This document shows, in pieces, positions 59,207-64,000 of a stretch of 64,000 bases of DNA; position 1 is the first letter of the stretch; each line of letters opens with the position of its first letter. Made by a program: the position numbers and the translations under genes. A model generated the notes under the pieces. It did no database searches and was not told where the DNA came from. It saw only the letters and a program-made list of their open reading frames with translations. The DNA comes from Chloroflexota bacterium. GTDB taxonomy: Bacteria; Chloroflexota; Dehalococcoidia; UBA2247; JAUWOP01. The DNA is taken from positions 5,894 through 69,893 of the forward strand of contig JAUWOP010000002.1 in the NCBI GenBank assembly GCA_030612045.1, in the 5' to 3' direction.

Positions 59207-59968
59207 GTGGAAGCTGAACTTGTTACCCTGACCATTGATGATATCAAGGTTAAAGCTAAGAAGGGAATCAAGGTCCTGGATGCTGCCCTGGGAGCCGGTA
59301 TCTACATCCCTCACCTCTGTTACCTGCCTGAGGCTGAGGTTCCTCTTGCCTCCTGCCGTCTATGTTATGTGGAAATTGAGGGAAGGGGGATGGTTACTGC
59401 CTGTACCGAGCTAGTAGCTGAGGGGATAGTGGTGCATACTCACAATCCCCGGATTGATAGGCTGCGTCATACCACGATGAGGCTTATCCTTGCTAACCAC
59501 CCCATTGATTGTAGCTCCTGCCCTAGAAACAGAGATTGTGAACTTCAGAGGATTGCTGCCTACCTTCATATAAAGCTGGGAAATCCTTCTGGGTCCCCTT
59601 CCCTAAAGGGGGATTTAGGGGGATTTAGGGAAATGCCTCTCCGTGACCTTCCTATAGATGACAGCCATTCCCTGTTTATCTACGACCCCAATAAGTGTGT
59701 TCTCTGTGGTAAGTGTGTGATGATTTGTAATGAGCGTATGGGAGTAGGCGTTCTTAACTTTATCTTCCGTGGCTATAATACCAGGGTTGGCACCTTCAGG
59801 GAGATACCGTGGGGAGAAGCAGGGTGTATTTCTTGTGGAGCATGTGTAGCTGCCTGTCCTGTAGGCGCCCTGGTTCCTAAGAATATCAAGGTACTCTCCT
59901 TTACAACATCACCAGGTTGTTACGATGCACCACTTCATCACCATATTCATAGCCCAGGAGATCGGTAA
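59207..59968 (+). CDS. NuoG N-terminal-like iron-sulfur protein ([2Fe-2S] + [4Fe-4S] domains only, 253 aa)
   Basis: CRLCYVE...TAC 2Fe-2S motif, HPIDCSSCPRNRDCELQ, CVLCGKCVMIC and CISCGACVAACP. No downstream catalytic domain. The 3' end overlaps convergent proB by ~68 nt. Confidence 0.7.
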   Translation: MEAELVTLTIDDIKVKAKKGIKVLDAALGAGIYIPHLCYLPEAEVPLASCRLCYVEIEGRGMVTACTELVAEGIVVHTHNPRIDRLRHTTMRLILANHPIDCSSCPRNRDCELQRIAAYLHIKLGNPSGSPSLKGDLGGFREMPLRDLPIDDSHSLFIYDPNKCVLCGKCVMICNERMGVGVLNFIFRGYNTRVGTFREIPWGEAGCISCGACVAACPVGALVPKNIKVLSFTTSPGCYDAPLHHHIHSPGDR

Positions 59969-61123
59969 TCCTATTGGAGTGAGTCCCTTTAATTATATCA
60001 ATATCAGCCGAGCTATAGTTAGATATACCATGAGCAATAGAGTTCCCTTCAGGGTCAACAATATTGACTATATCCCCTCGCTGAAAATTCCCTCTTACTG
60101 CCTTTATGCCAGCGGGTAATAAACTGCCCCTCTCTTTGAGTGCCTGGGCAGCTCCAGTATCAATAAGGATTTCTCCTTTTTCGTAACGCTTCCGTTTATA
60201 TCCCAACCCACTTAGCATCCACCGCTTGCGACTCTCCAGTTGTGTAGTGATGGGAAGGAAACGGGTTCCTATCTGTTCTCCCTTTATGAGGCGAGGAATA
60301 ATTTCAGGGGTTCGCCCATCAGCAATAACTGTCATAACTCCTGAACTGGTAGCTAATCTGGCTGCTTCTACCTTGGTGACCATGCCACCAATGCCACGCT
60401 GTGAGAGGGTATCCCCGGCTAGCTGCTCAATGTGGCTGTCTATTCTCTCCACTACGGGTATGAGTTGAACTTCAGAATCAAGGTGAGGGTCAGCAGTGTA
60501 GAGTCCACCCACATCACTGAGGAGTACTAGTAAGTCAGCATCTACCAGATTTGCTACCATGGCTGAAAGGTTGTCATTATCACCAAATTTAGCTTCCCTA
60601 ATCTCATCGATAGCCACAACATCATTCTCATTTACTATAGGTAATACTCTGAGTTCCAATAGTCCCAGGAGGGTGTTACGCGCATTAAGGTAGCCAGCAC
60701 GGTCAGACATATCATTTTTGGTAAGCAGTGCCTGGGCTATAGTAATATTATGCCAGGAGAAGAGTTGCTCATAGGCATGCATCAGGCAGTTCTGCCCCAC
60801 TGCAGCCAGAACCTGTTTTTTCGTAGTGCTTGCACCTTTTCGTAGTGCTTGCACCTTTTTACGGTACTCACACTGGCAGCCTCATGCTCTTGAATGAGAC
60901 CAAGCTTGTGTCTACCTGCAGCAATTGCCCCTGAGGAAACGAGGACTATTTCTGCCCCCTGGCGATGCATTCGGGCTATTTGACCTACAAGGCTAGACAT
61001 TATCCCCAACTCGAGGTAATCGCCACCCCCAGTTATCAGATTAGCTCCTAGCTTTACCACCGCACGGTGATGATAAATATTTTCTATTTCGCCCATTCCA
61101 GTATTATATATCCTGAGTAACAA
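59901..61123 (-). pseudogene. proB: glutamate 5-kinase interrupted by a tandem 2x19-bp insertion (frameshift)
   Basis: ORF 60782-61123 encodes the ProB N-terminus (AVVKLGANLITGG...VLVSSGAIAAGRHKLGL). ORF 59901-60854 encodes the rest (KKQVLAAVGQ...PUA domain). The two are joined at a tandem duplication of cgtagtgcttgcacctttt (60822-60859). Confidence 0.75.
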
Positions 61124-61194
61124 ATCTTCAAAGCGATGCCTTAATTAAACTTCTTCTCGACGATGCTGAGCTTAAATTGATATAATACACCCGC

Positions 61195-61455
61195 ACCCAT
61201 TGTCATTCCTGCGGAAGCAGGAATCCAGGTAAGGCAGGTGTAGATTCCCGCGTAGGCGGGAATGACATATTCTATTTTCGAAGCAAACACTCATGGGCGG
61301 CTGCCCACCAACGAACCATGAAAATAGCCTGTCATTGCGAGCCTTTCCCCTCTGTTATTGCGAGCGAAGCGAAGCAATCTCGGTGGGGTAGAAGAGATTG
61401 CTTCGTCGCCATGCTCCTCGCAAAGACACATCGAGAATCTATTTTCGGAATAAAT
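61195..61455. repeat. repeat array: B-type two-hairpin unit, linker, nested A-type unit, linker
   Basis: 61201-61267 matches 57145-57215. 61327-61425 matches 56941-57050. Confidence 0.85.
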
Positions 61456-62119
61456 GGTAATGGTAGAGGAACGAATTACCTTCCCAGCAGCGGATATACA
61501 GTTGGAGGGCATACTGCACTTGCCTGAGCAGGGAGAAAACTTTCCTGCGGTAGTAGTATGTCATCCCCATCCTCTCTATGGTGGTGATATGAGCAATAAT
61601 GTAGTGGTGGCAGTCTGCCATGCTCTGGCTAAGCAATCCACTGCCTCTCTCAGGTTCAACTTCAGAGGAGTTGGCAGGAGCGAGGGACAGTATAGTGATG
61701 GAGTAGGAGAGAGGGAAGACCTGGGGGCAGCCCTTGATTTCCTCTCATCAAGGGAAATGGTGGATAGTGGCAGGATTGGTCTGGTGGGATATTCCTTTGG
61801 TGCTGCTGTAGCACTGCCGGTAGCACTTCAGGACAAGCGCATTCGGGCACTGGCTCTTATTTCCCCACCTCTACCTATCACAGAGCTGGAAGAGCTAAAG
61901 GATTATCCTCAGCCAAAGCTTGTCCTTTGTGGTGAGACAGATATCTTTGCTTCGGAGCAAGCCTTACAATTCCAGCAAGTTATTACTCAGACAGAGGTTC
62001 AGGGAATGGTGCAATGTGAGTTGATACAGGGGGCTGACCATTTCTGGTGGGGCTGTGAGGGGAAGGTAGGAGACATGGTATCAGATTTTCTCTCAGTAGC
62101 CCTGGGTACATCTGCTTGA
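61454..62119 (+). CDS. alpha/beta hydrolase (dienelactone-hydrolase-like)
   Basis: GYSFGA nucleophile elbow and an HPHPLYGG oxyanion region. Confidence 0.7.
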   Translation: MVMVEERITFPAADIQLEGILHLPEQGENFPAVVVCHPHPLYGGDMSNNVVVAVCHALAKQSTASLRFNFRGVGRSEGQYSDGVGEREDLGAALDFLSSREMVDSGRIGLVGYSFGAAVALPVALQDKRIRALALISPPLPITELEELKDYPQPKLVLCGETDIFASEQALQFQQVITQTEVQGMVQCELIQGADHFWWGCEGKVGDMVSDFLSVALGTSA

Positions 62120-62502
62120 TAGAACTTATTCCCAAGCTATATAGAATGACATAATTAAATGTGCATACACTGGAATTAAACTCTAATCTCTAAGTTCTAA
62201 ATCCTAAACAATACCCAAATTAGAATAAGCAAAACCTTCTAGCTGCAGAGCTTTGTGTCTTTAACTTGCGGCTCTAACGCACCCTAAAAGATGCGGCTAT
62301 GGCTGGTTTTGAGATTGTGATTTGGGTCATTTGAATTTGTTTAGAGTTTAGAAATTCCTCATATATCCTATGCGCAAATACTTGTGTCGTCACATATAGA
62401 GCATAATTAGTGCTTTGGCAAGCCTTTAGAGATATAGTTAATTTAGAGTAGCAAATAAGGCAGACAGGATTGTTCGGCTTGATATGATTTATCTACGCCT
62501 CA

Positions 62503-62532
62503 TTGACAGGGCTTGTCTTGGTAGTTTACAAT
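62503..62532 (+). promoter_or_regulatory. sigma70-like promoter TTGACA-N18-TACAAT inside a ~530-bp AT-rich leader
   Basis: Consensus -35 and near-consensus -10, ~120 nt upstream of the 62655 start. Confidence 0.35.
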
Positions 62533-62654
62533 ACTAAGGATTTAATCTGGCAGAATCAGGTGTGCATTTTGTGGGAAAGCTAAGTGTTTGCCCGCTCCTT
62601 ATATGTCGCTCCGACCCTGAATGGTTACCAAGAAGGTTAATGTGGAGGTGAAGC

Positions 62655-63614
62655 ATGTCAGGAAGCACTATTCGGAAACGGAGAGTAAAAAGGGTTCAGG
62701 TTATTACTTCGAAACTCAACCCTCACAGGATTCCGAGGATTCCCTTTCAGTTACTGTCTCAGAAGGTATTACCCCTTCTGTTGGCAGGTTTGTTGGTGAT
62801 GACCTTTGCTGGAGTAGGCCTGATAATTCCCTCACCAGCTTTGGCACAAGCTGACCAGAATGAGCTGACCGCAAGCTACATGCCTGCTGATATTGACTTT
62901 TACCTTAGTCTCAAGTCCGAATTGAGTGGCGACCAGCTTACCAATTTCTGGAGGGTGGCAAACAACTGGTGGCAGGATGCCGGTGTGCAGTCAAAATGGC
63001 AAGAGGCAATTGATGAAGTTAAGAGCGAAAGTGATACTAATATAGATATTCCGCAAGATGTCCTCCCCTGGCTGGGACCTGAGCTTGCCGCAGGAATGCG
63101 TAATATCTATACTGAGGAGCCAGATATTATTGTCTTTATCGGCACCAAAGACAAGAGCGCCTCAGATAGCTTCTTCTTCGATAAGCTCGCTCCTGAGATA
63201 GCAGAAGAGGGGACTACTCCTCCCTCAGCACCCACAGGCTCCTATGCCGGGATAGAAACCCTCTACAACTTTCTCGATACCACCACATTCTGGGCTTTCA
63301 CTAATAGCTACATTATATTATCCAGTAACCAGCAGCTTCTTGAGGAGTGTTTAGACTTGCTCTCTGGCTCCTCCTCAGATTCCCTGGCTAACACATCAAA
63401 CTTCCAGGCAGCCCAGAGTAACCTTCCTGCTGAGCGAGCAGGAATGCTCTATGACAACATAGAGAATATCTGGATTGACATTCTCTCCATTATTCCCCCA
63501 GAGCAGCAGGCTATATTTAATGTCATGGGTTCCTACTACCCCCCCCTATTTTACTGCCTCAGTTCAATTTACCGAAGATGGGATAACAGTTACAGGATAT
63601 TGTCCCTTTCCTGA
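62655..63614 (+). CDS. signal-anchored secreted protein, 5' part; the frame is broken at a C8 homopolymer (63539-63546)
   Basis: N-terminal TM/signal (VLPLLLAGLLVMTFAGVGLIIPSPALA). The +1 frame continues as an open ORF to the window end. Confidence 0.5.
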   Translation: MSGSTIRKRRVKRVQVITSKLNPHRIPRIPFQLLSQKVLPLLLAGLLVMTFAGVGLIIPSPALAQADQNELTASYMPADIDFYLSLKSELSGDQLTNFWRVANNWWQDAGVQSKWQEAIDEVKSESDTNIDIPQDVLPWLGPELAAGMRNIYTEEPDIIVFIGTKDKSASDSFFFDKLAPEIAEEGTTPPSAPTGSYAGIETLYNFLDTTTFWAFTNSYIILSSNQQLLEECLDLLSGSSSDSLANTSNFQAAQSNLPAERAGMLYDNIENIWIDILSIIPPEQQAIFNVMGSYYPPLFYCLSSIYRRWDNSYRILSLS

Positions 63615-64000
63615 AGGTATAACCCCACCAACTACCGCGGGTGATGAACTTAAGAGCGCCTCTATAGTCCCTGGTGATGCCTGGCTCTTTGACTCAGAAG
63701 AGGATGTCAACGCCTGCTGGCAGGAGATGAAGTCCTACTTAAGTGATAACTGGGCAGATATAGGTGAAGCAACTGGAATGGGTGAGGAATGGCCCGCCTC
63801 TCTTAATGATGCTCTTACTCAGCTCCAAGAGCAACTGGGCTTCAATATAGACAGCGATGTCTTCGGCTGGATGAATGGTGAGGTATCTATGGTACTACTG
63901 CCACTTTCCTTCCCAACAAGTGAAGAGGTTCTCATCGGTGAACCGGTAATCCCTGATGTTCTCGTTCTATTTGAGGTCAGTGATACCAGTGCAGTGCAGG
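63547..64000 (+). CDS. continuation of the 62655 protein in the +1 frame (partial; runs off the window)
   Basis: Uninterrupted 151-codon ORF (YFTASVQFTEDGITVTGYCPFPEG...) to the window edge. Absent from the ORF track only because it has no stop. Confidence 0.45.

Noticed and set aside
59608-59627. 10-bp tandem duplication GGGGGATTTA x2 inside the NuoG-like CDS
   Set aside because: The reading frame and downstream Cys motifs remain intact, so it is not a recent frame-disrupting duplication. It is likely a chance low-complexity feature.

Overview
This is a gene-dense bacterial chromosomal window of about 50% GC, apparently from an anaerobe. The housekeeping content includes GreA-like, TrpG/PabA-like, a Kef-type antiporter, ComM, a CoA-transferase A/B pair, LemA with an HtpX-like protease, a tRNA-Leu/Arg/Val cluster, rsmI, metG, tatD, moaB, hisS, an MTA/SAH nucleosidase, two crotonases, an rny-ymdB pair, a methylmalonyl-CoA module (mutase catalytic and B12 subunits, epimerase, acyl-CoA dehydrogenase), a NuoE/NuoF/NuoG-like flavoprotein FeS module and proB. 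Six things go beyond that baseline. (1) An ~11 kb restriction/defence island at 27.9-38.9 kb carries a type I R-M system whose hsdR, hsdS and hsdM are interleaved with four uncharacterised genes. Two overlapping unknown ORFs lie between hsdR and hsdS; an unknown 319-aa protein plus a PIN nuclease lie between hsdS and hsdM. The island continues with a HigB-like toxin, an HTH-XRE/ImmA-IrrE metallopeptidase fusion and two orphan ORFs. (2) A TIR-like/TPR protein lies divergent to a radical-SAM/HhH putative DNA-modification protein. (3) A 5'-truncated IS256-family transposase remnant and a low-GC islet with a zinc-ribbon mini-ORF sit just upstream of the tRNA cluster. (4) Pervasive families of modular GC-rich hairpin and MITE-like interspersed repeats occur at 12 or more loci. 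Several are captured into coding sequence: one is inserted in-frame inside a gene, and others supply the C-terminal tails and stop codons of at least four genes. (5) proB is disrupted by a 2x19-bp tandem insertion. A lipoprotein gene is split by an in-frame TAG. A C8 homopolymer frameshifts a large secreted protein. (6) Two tandem paralogous zinc-ribbon membrane proteins share a duplicated 5' region. No CRISPR array and no rRNA were found.
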